Assembly (NCBI GenBank): GCA_963725355.1
Contig: CAVRYE010000005.1
Coordinates: 89,103 to 153,102 of the forward strand
Origin: an uncultured Acidimicrobiaceae bacterium
GTDB lineage: Bacteria > Actinomycetota > Acidimicrobiia > Acidimicrobiales > Bog-793
Direction: 5' to 3'
Length of the DNA stretch: 64,000 nucleotides
Shown here: positions 45,972 through 54,312 of the stretch, one piece after another
How positions within the stretch are numbered: position 1 is the first letter of the stretch
Layout of the letters: every line of letters starts with the position of its first letter
Notes under the pieces: model-generated
What the model was told of the DNA's origin: nothing
Seen by the model: the letters and a program-made list of their open reading frames with translations, nothing else
Databases searched by the model: none
Position numbers and translations under genes: made by a program

Positions 45972-46882
45972 GTCTCACCTCGCTCGATCCTGTGCCGCCA
46001 GCACCTCTCGAGCTCGGGGCCGGAGAGCCGGCCGTGGCCCGGCACGGTCTCATGCGGGCGCTGTGGCGCAGCCGGAACGGACGCGTCGGTTTGGTGCTCG
46101 TGGTCCTTGTCGTGGCGGCGGCGATATCTGCCGCTTTCGGCGGAACTCCTTATGACCCACAGTTCCAGAACTCCTCCGCCCTGTTGGCGGCCCCGTCGTG
46201 GAGCCACCCGTTTGGGACGGACCAATTCGGACGCGACATCTTGTCCCTCGTCCTCGATGGGATCGGTGTCTCGCTCAAGATCGCCTGCCTGTCGGTCCTC
46301 ATCGCCGGCGGTATCGGGACCATCGCCGGAATCGTCGCCGGCTTCTTGGGCAGATGGACCTCGGCGGTGATCATGCGCATCACCGACATGCTCTTTGCGA
46401 TCCCGGCCATCCTCCTTGCCCTCATAGTCGTCGCCGCCCTCGGGGCCGGCTGGCTGAACAGTGCCATCGCCATCGGGGTCGGCTACATCCCGATCTTCGT
46501 GCGCGTCGTGCGGGGCCCGGTGCTGAGCCTTCGCGAGTCGGGGTACGTGCTGGCGGGCAGGGTGCTCGGTTTCTCCCGGCGGAGGCTGCTGTTCCGCCAC
46601 ATCCTGCCGAACGTCGCCGGGATCCTCGCCGTGCAGGTGAGCCTCGCCCTTGCCTGGTCGGTTCTCGCCGAAGCGAGCCTGAGTTTTCTCGGTCTCGGTC
46701 CCCCACCGCCGACTGCCTCGCTCGGAGAGATGGTCTACCAGTCCGCCAGCTCCGGTCTGGCCGCCATTGACTGGTGGACACTTGCATTTCCTTCCGTGAT
46801 GATCGTCCTCGCCGTGATCGGCTTCAACCTGCTCGGCGACGGATTGCGCGACGCCATAGACCCTCGCACGAGAAAGCGGTGA
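45968..46882 (+). CDS. ABC transporter permease (DppC/OppC-like)
   Basis: ATG 45968 gives an ATGA overlap with the upstream permease. The part of track ORF 45707..46882 upstream of this ATG is overlap only. Confidence 0.85.
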   Translation: MSLTSLDPVPPAPLELGAGEPAVARHGLMRALWRSRNGRVGLVLVVLVVAAAISAAFGGTPYDPQFQNSSALLAAPSWSHPFGTDQFGRDILSLVLDGIGVSLKIACLSVLIAGGIGTIAGIVAGFLGRWTSAVIMRITDMLFAIPAILLALIVVAALGAGWLNSAIAIGVGYIPIFVRVVRGPVLSLRESGYVLAGRVLGFSRRRLLFRHILPNVAGILAVQVSLALAWSVLAEASLSFLGLGPPPPTASLGEMVYQSASSGLAAIDWWTLAFPSVMIVLAVIGFNLLGDGLRDAIDPRTRKR

Positions 46883-46919
46883 GCCCGGTGAGTTGGCCAG
46901 ATTGGAGAGTGGTGAACCG

Positions 46920-48107
46920 GTGCGGGTGATCGGGATGATCTCCGGGACGTCCTTCGACGCCGTCGAGGCGGTGCTCGTCGAATTCACGCCCGAGGGCGAC
47001 AGCCTTTTGTGCGACCTGATCGCGCACCGTTCGGTCCCTTATGTCGAGGACCTCCGCCAGAGGATCGCGGCAGTGCTTCCCCCCGCACCGACCCACGTCG
47101 GGGAGATCTGTGAGCTTGATGCCGCTATAGGTCAGTTCTTCGGCGAAGTCGCGGCCGACCTTGGCGGGCTTTGCCCTGAGCCAGTACAGCTCGTGTGCTC
47201 GCACGGCCAGACGGTCTTTCACTGGGTGTCTGCTGACCGGGCTCTCGGCACGCTCCAGCTCGGCCAGCCCGCCTGGATCGCCGAGCGCACGGGCGCGGCC
47301 GTCGTTAGCGACGTGCGCAACCGCGACATCGCTGCGGGCGGACACGGGGCACCGCTGGCAAGCGTTCTCGACGTTCTGTTGCTGAAGCCCCCACCCGGCA
47401 CGGTGAGGGGAGCGCTCAACCTTGGTGGCATCTCCAATGTGACCGTGCTCGCCGAAGGCCGCCTGCCAGTGGCCTTCGACATCGGACCGGCGAACGCCCT
47501 TATGGACGCAGTGGTCACCTTTTACAGCGGCGGTCGGGAACGCTTCGACGAAGACGGCCAACGGGCCGAGCGCGGCCAGGTGGACGACGCACTTCTCGCC
47601 AAGTTGCTCGAGGAGCCCTACTACGCGCTCAGCTGGCCGAAATCGACCGGCAAGGAGCTGTTCAACCTGGACTACGTCCTTAACGCTCTATCTGGTCGCG
47701 AGGTCGAGATCGATGATCTCGTGGCGACGCTCAACGCCCTCACCGTGGAGAGCGTTGCTCAGGCGCTTGTCCGCTGCGGCGTCACCGAGGTGGTAGCCGC
47801 CGGCGGGGGCACCCGTAATCGTGTCTTGATGTCGAACCTGCGCGCCAGGCTCACCGGTGTCGCTTTCCGCCCCTTGGGCGACTTCGGCGTGGCTGAAGCC
47901 GCCAAGGAGGCTCTCGCCTTCGCACTCATCGGCTACCTGACAGCCCGTGGGCTGCCCACGTCGGTGCCCTCTTGCACAGGGGCCCACCACACGAGCATCC
48001 TCGGGACCATCACCCCGGGAGAGCGCCCCCTCGACGAGACACAGGGCGCCAAGGCACCTTCCCGCCTCGTGATGCGCAAGCCCGCCACAGCCGAAGGTCT
48101 CCTTTGA
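46920..48107 (+). CDS. anmK: anhydro-N-acetylmuramic acid kinase
   Basis: VRVIGMISGTSFDAVEA, SHGQTVFH, RDIAAGGHGAPL, NLGGISN, FDIGPANALMD, WPKSTGKELF and AAGGGTRN. GTG 46920 has GGAGAG 11 nt upstream; TTG 46893 is an alternative start. Confidence 0.9.
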   Translation: MRVIGMISGTSFDAVEAVLVEFTPEGDSLLCDLIAHRSVPYVEDLRQRIAAVLPPAPTHVGEICELDAAIGQFFGEVAADLGGLCPEPVQLVCSHGQTVFHWVSADRALGTLQLGQPAWIAERTGAAVVSDVRNRDIAAGGHGAPLASVLDVLLLKPPPGTVRGALNLGGISNVTVLAEGRLPVAFDIGPANALMDAVVTFYSGGRERFDEDGQRAERGQVDDALLAKLLEEPYYALSWPKSTGKELFNLDYVLNALSGREVEIDDLVATLNALTVESVAQALVRCGVTEVVAAGGGTRNRVLMSNLRARLTGVAFRPLGDFGVAEAAKEALAFALIGYLTARGLPTSVPSCTGAHHTSILGTITPGERPLDETQGAKAPSRLVMRKPATAEGLL

Positions 48108-49092
48108 GCACCCTCACGGCATCCCCGCTGTTGTCGCTTCGAGACGTCCACGTCGGCTCTCGCCGGCGTCGTGATGTTCGCGAGATCGTCCGCGGCGTCG
48201 ATCTGGACGTCCTTGCCGGCGAGAAGGTCGGAGTCGTGGGTGAGAGCGGGTCGGGAAAGACCCTCACCATGCTCTCGGTGCTGCGCCTCCTCCCTAAACC
48301 GCTCGAGGTGCTCAGCGGGCAGATCACCTTCGGGGACCGCACTCTCACCGGACTCGACGACAGGGCGATGGAGTCGATCCGCGGCGCTGGCGTCGCAATG
48401 GTCTACCAGGACCCGATGACCTCACTGAATCCCCTCCTACGGGTCCGCACGCAGGTTGTCGAGACGCTGCGCGGCCATGGGGCGAGTGAGGTGGCGGCAC
48501 GGTCACGCACCCGTGAGGTACTGGGCCAGGTGGGTTTCATCGACCCCGAACGTGTTGAGTCGTCCTTCCCCCACGAGCTCTCCGGAGGGATGGTGCAACG
48601 CGTGATGATCGCCATGGCGATCGCAACCTCGCCGCGCCTTCTCGTGGCCGACGAACCGACAACGGCTCTCGATGTCACCATCCAGCAGCAGATCCTCGAC
48701 CTCGTAGACGCTCTCCAGGCGAGCACATCCATGTCGGTGGTGTGGGTCTCGCACGATCTCGGCGTGATCGCCCGGCTCGTCGACCGCGTCTGTGTCATGT
48801 ACGCCGGGCGAATCGTGGAGAACGCGCCCACGCTGAGGCTTTTCGCCCGGCCGGCACACCCCTACTCCTATGCCCTCCTCGGCTCGCTGCCGGGACCCGA
48901 GGTAGAGCACCGTTCCCAGCTCACCCAGATCGGCGGCGCGCCCCCGATCCCACCCGGCTGTCAAGAGGCTGTCCTTTCCGGGCGCGCTGCCCGTTCGCCC
49001 TCGAGCGGTGTGCCGAGGAGGAGCCGCCGCTGATCGACCGCGGCGATGGCAGCTTCGCGGCCTGCTGGAGGGAACCGAGCGAATGGTCCTAG
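48104..49092 (+). pseudogene. ABC transporter ATP-binding protein (DppD/OppD-like) with an 11-nt insertion/duplication at 48956..48973
   Basis: TTG 48104 (TTGA overlap with the anmK stop). Walker A GESGSGKT and LSGGMVQR. After ...GAPPIPPGC the native C-terminus (GC)PFRARCPFALERCAEEEPPLIDRGDGSFAACW continues in the frame of ORF 48742..49092, whose end overlaps the next ATPase start by 10 nt. Confidence 0.85.
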
Positions 49093-50069
49093 CACTTCGC
49101 ACGATCGAGCTTGCCAAGCAGTACCCGGGGCGGCGGGGATCAGTTGTGACGGCACTTCGCGGCGTGTCGGTGGAGCTCGAGTCGGGCCGGACGCTTGGGA
49201 TCGTCGGCGAGAGCGGCTGTGGAAAGTCAACCCTCGCCCGCCTTCTTGTCGGGCTGGAACGGCCCACCGAGGGCACAGTAGAGCTGTTCGGTGAGCCGGT
49301 CGACACAGGCCGCCATCTCGAGATTGCCCGCAAGATCCAACTTGTCTTCCAGGACCCCTACTCCTCCCTCGATCCCCGCCTGACGGTGTCGACGGCCATC
49401 GGCGAGGTTCTCGCGGTCCACGGGCTCGCCACCCGGGGGCGCGCGAGAGAGTCGAGGATCCAAGAGCTGCTCGCCATGGTCGCTCTCGGCCGCCGCTTCG
49501 CGAGCTGCTACCCCCACGAGTTGTCGGGCGGACAGGCCCAGCGCGTCGCTATTGCCAGGGCGCTTGCGGTCGAGCCACGGGCGCTCGTGCTCGACGAGCC
49601 CACTTCTGCGCTCGACGTCTCCGTCCGAGCCGAGGTCATCAACCTCCTCATCCGCCTGCAAGATGAGCTCGCCCTCTCCTATGTGTTCATAAGCCATGAC
49701 CTCGCCACCGTCCGCCACCTGGCGGACGTGATCGACGTCATGTACCTGGGTCTCGTAGTCGAGTCGGGCCCTTACGGCGAGGTTCTCGGGGGGGCGCTGC
49801 ACCCTTACACACGGGCTCTCGCCGACGCCGTGCCAGTGCCGGACCCGGCCCGCGAGGCGCAACGGCGCCTCCGACCCGCCAACGAGGCAGTCCCCGCACC
49901 CGGAACGTCGCTCGTGACCTCGGGTTGCCCGTACCGGCCGAGGTGCCCACTAGCCGAGGACATCTGCCGGACGATTGCGCCACAGCTCGTAGAGCTCCGC
50001 CCCGCTCACCTTGTCTCCTGCCACGTCGCCGCGAGAATTGCCAGCGCACAGGCGGCTAAGGGAATGTGA
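49083..50069 (+). CDS. ABC transporter ATP-binding protein (DppF/OppF-like)
   Basis: MVLALRTIELAKQY, Walker A GESGCGKS, LSGGQAQR and the C-terminal Cys motif GCPYRPRCPLAEDIC...SCH. Confidence 0.9.
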   Translation: MVLALRTIELAKQYPGRRGSVVTALRGVSVELESGRTLGIVGESGCGKSTLARLLVGLERPTEGTVELFGEPVDTGRHLEIARKIQLVFQDPYSSLDPRLTVSTAIGEVLAVHGLATRGRARESRIQELLAMVALGRRFASCYPHELSGGQAQRVAIARALAVEPRALVLDEPTSALDVSVRAEVINLLIRLQDELALSYVFISHDLATVRHLADVIDVMYLGLVVESGPYGEVLGGALHPYTRALADAVPVPDPAREAQRRLRPANEAVPAPGTSLVTSGCPYRPRCPLAEDICRTIAPQLVELRPAHLVSCHVAARIASAQAAKGM

Positions 50070-50095
50070 CGTCTTGGCTTAACAAGGAGGCCGCC

Positions 50096-51259
50096 ATGTC
50101 ACGCATCGAATGGGTCGTAGGGAGCTGTCGCCTGCTCGGCGCCATATCCGATGCCTTCGATTCGTCCCAGCCCTTTGCCGGCAAGCGGATCGGGACCGGC
50201 ATCCACCTCGAACCCAAGACGGTTGCCCTCTTGATGACCTTGCGCCGCGGCGGGGCCGAGGTCGTCTCCACTGGGAACCTCGGCAGCACTCAGCTCGACG
50301 CGGTGGAGTACCTGCGCGCCAAGGGCGTGCATGTCGTCGGCGGTCCCACCATCGACCCTGAAGAGCACGACGCCTACCTCCGCGAGGTGCTCTCGAGCGA
50401 GCCTGACATCCTCTTGGACAACGGCGGCGACCTGTTCGTTCGCTACCTCGAGTCGCCTTATGGCCATCTGCTCGGCGGGACCGAGGAAACGACGTCGGGC
50501 CGGATGCGCCTGGCCCCGCTGCGTGATCGGATCGGCCGCCCACTGCTCGTGATCAACGACAGCGCGATCAAGCAGTTCGCCGAGAACTACCACGCTGTCG
50601 GCCAGAGTGTGCTCGAGTCCTTCTTGCGGATCACCAACCGGATCACCAACGGGCGCCGAGTCCTGGTCTTCGGTTACGGAGCGTGCGGCAAAGGCGTCGC
50701 CGTCAGCTTCAAGAACGCCTTCGCGACCGTTGCGGTCGTCGACCCCGACCCTCTCAAGCGGCTTGAGGCCCACCTCGACGGCTTCCTCGTGCCCGAGCGC
50801 GCAGAAGCCCTCTCTTGGGCTGAGGTCGCCATCACTGTCACAGGAGCCACCGGAGTCCTCACCGGCGACGACCTGGCCGGCCTTGGCGATGGCGTCATCC
50901 TCGCCAACGCGGGCCACTTCCCCGCCGAGATCGACGTCGCCGGGATGAAGACCCATCCGAGCATCGTCGGGGCGCACAACTCGGCCGAAGGGATCGAGAC
51001 CATCGTCTTGGAGGACCGCAGACGAGTCCACATCCTCACCGGTGGCCATATGGTCAACCTGAACGGCCCTCGTCCTCTCGGCAACTCGATCGAGTCGATG
51101 GACCTCGGCTTTGCGCTGCAGGCGAGGTGCCTGGAGGCCGTTGCCCTAGGGAAGGTTCCGCCGTCTGAGGTCGTGGTCCCCGTGCCACGTTGGATCGAGG
51201 AGGATGTGGCCAACGCCTACTTGGCTGGGCTCAAAGGACGGGCGCCAGCTCGTCGATGA
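50096..51259 (+). CDS. divergent adenosylhomocysteinase-family (SAHH-like) NAD-binding protein, function unknown
   Basis: GGAGG lies 6 nt upstream of ATG 50096. GGTEETTSG, INDSAIKQFAENYHAVGQS, GYGACGKGVA, ANAGHFPAEID and GGHMVNL align with the bona fide AhcY at 2109..3392, but several catalytic positions differ. Confidence 0.75.
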   Translation: MSRIEWVVGSCRLLGAISDAFDSSQPFAGKRIGTGIHLEPKTVALLMTLRRGGAEVVSTGNLGSTQLDAVEYLRAKGVHVVGGPTIDPEEHDAYLREVLSSEPDILLDNGGDLFVRYLESPYGHLLGGTEETTSGRMRLAPLRDRIGRPLLVINDSAIKQFAENYHAVGQSVLESFLRITNRITNGRRVLVFGYGACGKGVAVSFKNAFATVAVVDPDPLKRLEAHLDGFLVPERAEALSWAEVAITVTGATGVLTGDDLAGLGDGVILANAGHFPAEIDVAGMKTHPSIVGAHNSAEGIETIVLEDRRRVHILTGGHMVNLNGPRPLGNSIESMDLGFALQARCLEAVALGKVPPSEVVVPVPRWIEEDVANAYLAGLKGRAPARR

Positions 51260-52652
51260 GCTGCCAAAGCATCTCGACGTGACGCTGCTCGGTGAAGGTG
51301 CCGCCGATGCAGCAGCGGATCGTGTAGCAGCCGCCGAGGCGCGTGTGGCTCAAAAAGACGCGGCCGCTGGCGTTCAGGTCGCTCATCAGCTTCTCGGACA
51401 CTTCGTCGCCTCCGACGTGACGAAAACAAGTCAAGTTCAGCTGCGGGGGCGCAGCAAACTCGAACCGCCCGTCCTCTGCCAGGTGACCGGCCAACATCTC
51501 CGAGAGCCGTATGTGCTCGCGCACGCGCCGACGCAGGGCCTCAGCACCGTAGCAACGCAGCACGAACCAGAGCTTGAGAGCCCTGAAGCGGCGTCCTAGC
51601 GGGACCTGCCAGTCCCGGTAGTCGATCACCGAGCCCGACTCACTGGCGGGATTGCGAAGGTACTCGGGCGTGATGCTGAGGGCGTCGATCAGGCTCGCGC
51701 GGTCGGCCACGTAGAAGCAGTCGCAGTCGAAATTGGTGAGCAGCCACTTGTGGGGGTTAAAGGCATAGCTGTCGGCCAGCTCCAAGCCATCTTGCTGAGC
51801 CCGCAGCTCAGGGCAGACCGCCGCCGAGCCAGCCATGGCGGCGTCCACGTGCAGCCACACGCTCTCACGAGAACAGATCTCGCCTATGGCCCGCACGGGG
51901 TCAAAGGCCATCGACGAGGTCGTCCCGACCGTAGCAACCACGCAACAGGGCACTAGGCCGTCGCTTCGGTCAGCCTGTATCGCCGATGCGAGAGCCACCG
52001 GGTCCATCTGGTAAGACTCGTCGACAGCCACGAGGCGAAGGTGCGACCGGGCAAAACCGGCGACCCGGGCACCCTTTTCAACAGAGGAATGCGCCTCGGC
52101 CGAGGCGTAGACGCATAGGTCCGCTAATGCGGCCCCGGCCCTCGTAGCCCGCTCGCGGGCAGCGAGCAGGGCGCACAAGGTAGCCGAGGAGGCGCTGTCT
52201 TGGATGACCCCGCCCCCGGCGGACTTTGAGCCGAAGCGAGCGGGCAGGCCGAGCAGCTGCACGAGCCAGTCCAACATGACGGTCTCAATCTCGGTGCAAG
52301 CCGGACTCGTGGCCCAGACCATCCCGTTGACCCCCATCCCTGCAGCTACCAGTTCGCCCAAGATGGACGGCGGGGAGGCATTCGTCGGGAAGTAGCCGAA
52401 GAAGCCGGGGGCTTGCCAGTGCGTCGTGCCAGGAAGGACGATCGAGTCGAGGTCGGAGAGCACCGTCTCAAAGCTCTCCGGCTCCTCTGGCGCCGCGTCC
52501 GGGAGCATCGCCGCCACTTCGCCTGGCCGGACACGAGAGGAGATGGGGTAGCTCTCCAGGTTCGCGAGGTAGCGAGCCACCCAATCCACGGCGCGGCGAC
52601 CGTCGAGCTCAAAGTCCGCTTCTCTGAATGGCACTGGGCCTGCGTCGGACAT
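51231..52652 (-). CDS. PLP-dependent group II (aromatic-L-amino-acid type) decarboxylase
   Basis: 473 aa with HWQAPGFFGYFP and NPHKWLLTNFDCDCFYV (PLP lysine). Confidence 0.88.
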   Translation of the reverse strand: MSDAGPVPFREADFELDGRRAVDWVARYLANLESYPISSRVRPGEVAAMLPDAAPEEPESFETVLSDLDSIVLPGTTHWQAPGFFGYFPTNASPPSILGELVAAGMGVNGMVWATSPACTEIETVMLDWLVQLLGLPARFGSKSAGGGVIQDSASSATLCALLAARERATRAGAALADLCVYASAEAHSSVEKGARVAGFARSHLRLVAVDESYQMDPVALASAIQADRSDGLVPCCVVATVGTTSSMAFDPVRAIGEICSRESVWLHVDAAMAGSAAVCPELRAQQDGLELADSYAFNPHKWLLTNFDCDCFYVADRASLIDALSITPEYLRNPASESGSVIDYRDWQVPLGRRFRALKLWFVLRCYGAEALRRRVREHIRLSEMLAGHLAEDGRFEFAAPPQLNLTCFRHVGGDEVSEKLMSDLNASGRVFLSHTRLGGCYTIRCCIGGTFTEQRHVEMLWQLIDELAPVL

Positions 52653-52795
52653 GTGGGCTGATGCTAGGCCGGTGCCTTCAGTCCAGTCAGCTCTGCACAG
52701 CGATGATCGTCCGGTTGTTCCAGGAGACCCCCCTTACATCGCCGGCGCGGAAGTGGGACCCTATGAGAGATCCCGGATCCCGAGGAGGTACCACG

Positions 52796-53008
52796 ATGGA
52801 TGTAAAGCCCGGAGATCAGATAGTGGTCCGGGGCCGCACGGTCACCCAGCCGGACCGCAACGCCGAGGTCCTGAAGGTGCTCGGACCGGACGGGGGGCCG
52901 CCTTACCGGGTCCGCTGGAGCGACGACGGCCACGAAGGGCTCTTCTTCCCGGGGCCTGATGCCTCCATCGCAAAGGCCGCGAAACAGGTCAAGAAGACTC
53001 TCAAGTAA
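52796..53008 (+). CDS. DUF1918 domain protein
   Basis: MDVKPGDQIVVRGRTVTQPDRNAEVLKVLGPDGGPPYRVRWSDDGHEGLFFPGPDA. GGAGG lies upstream of ATG 52796. Confidence 0.75.
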   Translation: MDVKPGDQIVVRGRTVTQPDRNAEVLKVLGPDGGPPYRVRWSDDGHEGLFFPGPDASIAKAAKQVKKTLK

Positions 53009-53121
53009 CTCCCGCGTTACTTGGCTGCCCTTGACGCTCAGGCTCCTTGAACCAGATGCCGAGGCTTCTTTGCCCTAGGACACTTGACGAGATGATGACA
53101 GCACGTGACGGAGGAAGGTCA

Positions 53122-54291
53122 TTACTCGGTACTAGGGCCGAGGCAACGGACGATCCGGACGGGCTCCTCGGCTGCCACCGCAGCGAACGCAAGGCTCGCC
53201 GGCAGGGCAAAGGTGTCCCCACGGCTGATGGGCAGGCGTCCGAACTCCCCAACGATCTCTCCGTCACCAGCGGTGACGATCGCGATCGAGAAACGCCCCG
53301 CGGCGACCTCGATCTCATCTGAGACCTCGAGCGACCTCGCGTCGAAGAACTCGAGGACGTCTTCGCTCATGAGGCCGACCTCGCGCGACCCATGGCTCGT
53401 GCGGAGGATTCTCGGCAATTGTCTGGCCTTTTCAAGAGTCGCCGCCGCATCGCGGCCGGTGTAATCAATCATGTCAAGCGCCAGCTCCCAGCCAAGGTCC
53501 ATGGTCGCGCCGGCGTCATCGTCCCCGGAAGTCTCAGCGATCACTATGTGATCGCTCGGCTCCTGCACTTCGATGAACGACAGCCGTGGCCCCAGGTAAT
53601 GAGGCAGACCGGCGTGCGCGACGAACACATCTCCAGGGCGAACCTCGGTACGGTGAAGAGAACTACGAATGGCGGCGTTGTCGTGGCGACTCACGACCTC
53701 CGCGAACCGGTCCCTGCTTATTCCAGGCTTGAACCCAATGCCAGCGTGCGGTGCTTCCATCCCATCGCCGGGAGTGTCCAAAAGGATCCATGCCTCGGTC
53801 TTGCCAAAACGGGAGCCGAGATGCTGCTGCGCCCACGCCCGCGTCGGATGTGCGTGACAAGGCACGGGTCCCTTCGGCGAAAGAAGCTTGACAAGGACGC
53901 CTGTAATCGGCCCCCAGCGTTCTGCAAAACTCACCCCGACCATTTCCTCAGGCAGAGCCTCCACGAGGTCCTTCAGAGAGATCTCACCTATGCCGGGCAG
54001 ATTCAGCGAACTCAGCCCCTGGGCCGCCCCGCCGGGGTCGTTGTTGTTCGCACAGGTGCACGATCCGACCCAGTCCTCGGACCAATAGTCGTCGCTGCCC
54101 GCAGGAAGGCCCCGAAATGCTCTTGTCAGCGAGCCACCGTCGTAAAAGCGGTACAAGGGGTGATAGTCGAGGCGCAGCGGTTGCCTGATCGCCTCCCGCA
54201 TGTGACCGAGCCGCTCTGCATCTGTCATTTCCGCACCCTGCCCTTCGGCTTGTCGATCCGGAGCAATGTCTTGTAGGCCAGAATCCCTCAT
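53122..54291 (-). CDS. class I phosphomannose-isomerase-like cupin
   Basis: 389 aa with VPCHAHPTRAWAQQHLGSRFGKTEAWILL, which resembles the PMI type I QxHP...GKxExW core with H in place of Q. Confidence 0.65.
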   Translation of the reverse strand: MRDSGLQDIAPDRQAEGQGAEMTDAERLGHMREAIRQPLRLDYHPLYRFYDGGSLTRAFRGLPAGSDDYWSEDWVGSCTCANNNDPGGAAQGLSSLNLPGIGEISLKDLVEALPEEMVGVSFAERWGPITGVLVKLLSPKGPVPCHAHPTRAWAQQHLGSRFGKTEAWILLDTPGDGMEAPHAGIGFKPGISRDRFAEVVSRHDNAAIRSSLHRTEVRPGDVFVAHAGLPHYLGPRLSFIEVQEPSDHIVIAETSGDDDAGATMDLGWELALDMIDYTGRDAAATLEKARQLPRILRTSHGSREVGLMSEDVLEFFDARSLEVSDEIEVAAGRFSIAIVTAGDGEIVGEFGRLPISRGDTFALPASLAFAAVAAEEPVRIVRCLGPSTE

Positions 54292-54312
54292 TGCAAGGCA
54301 TGGAGGGCTTTG

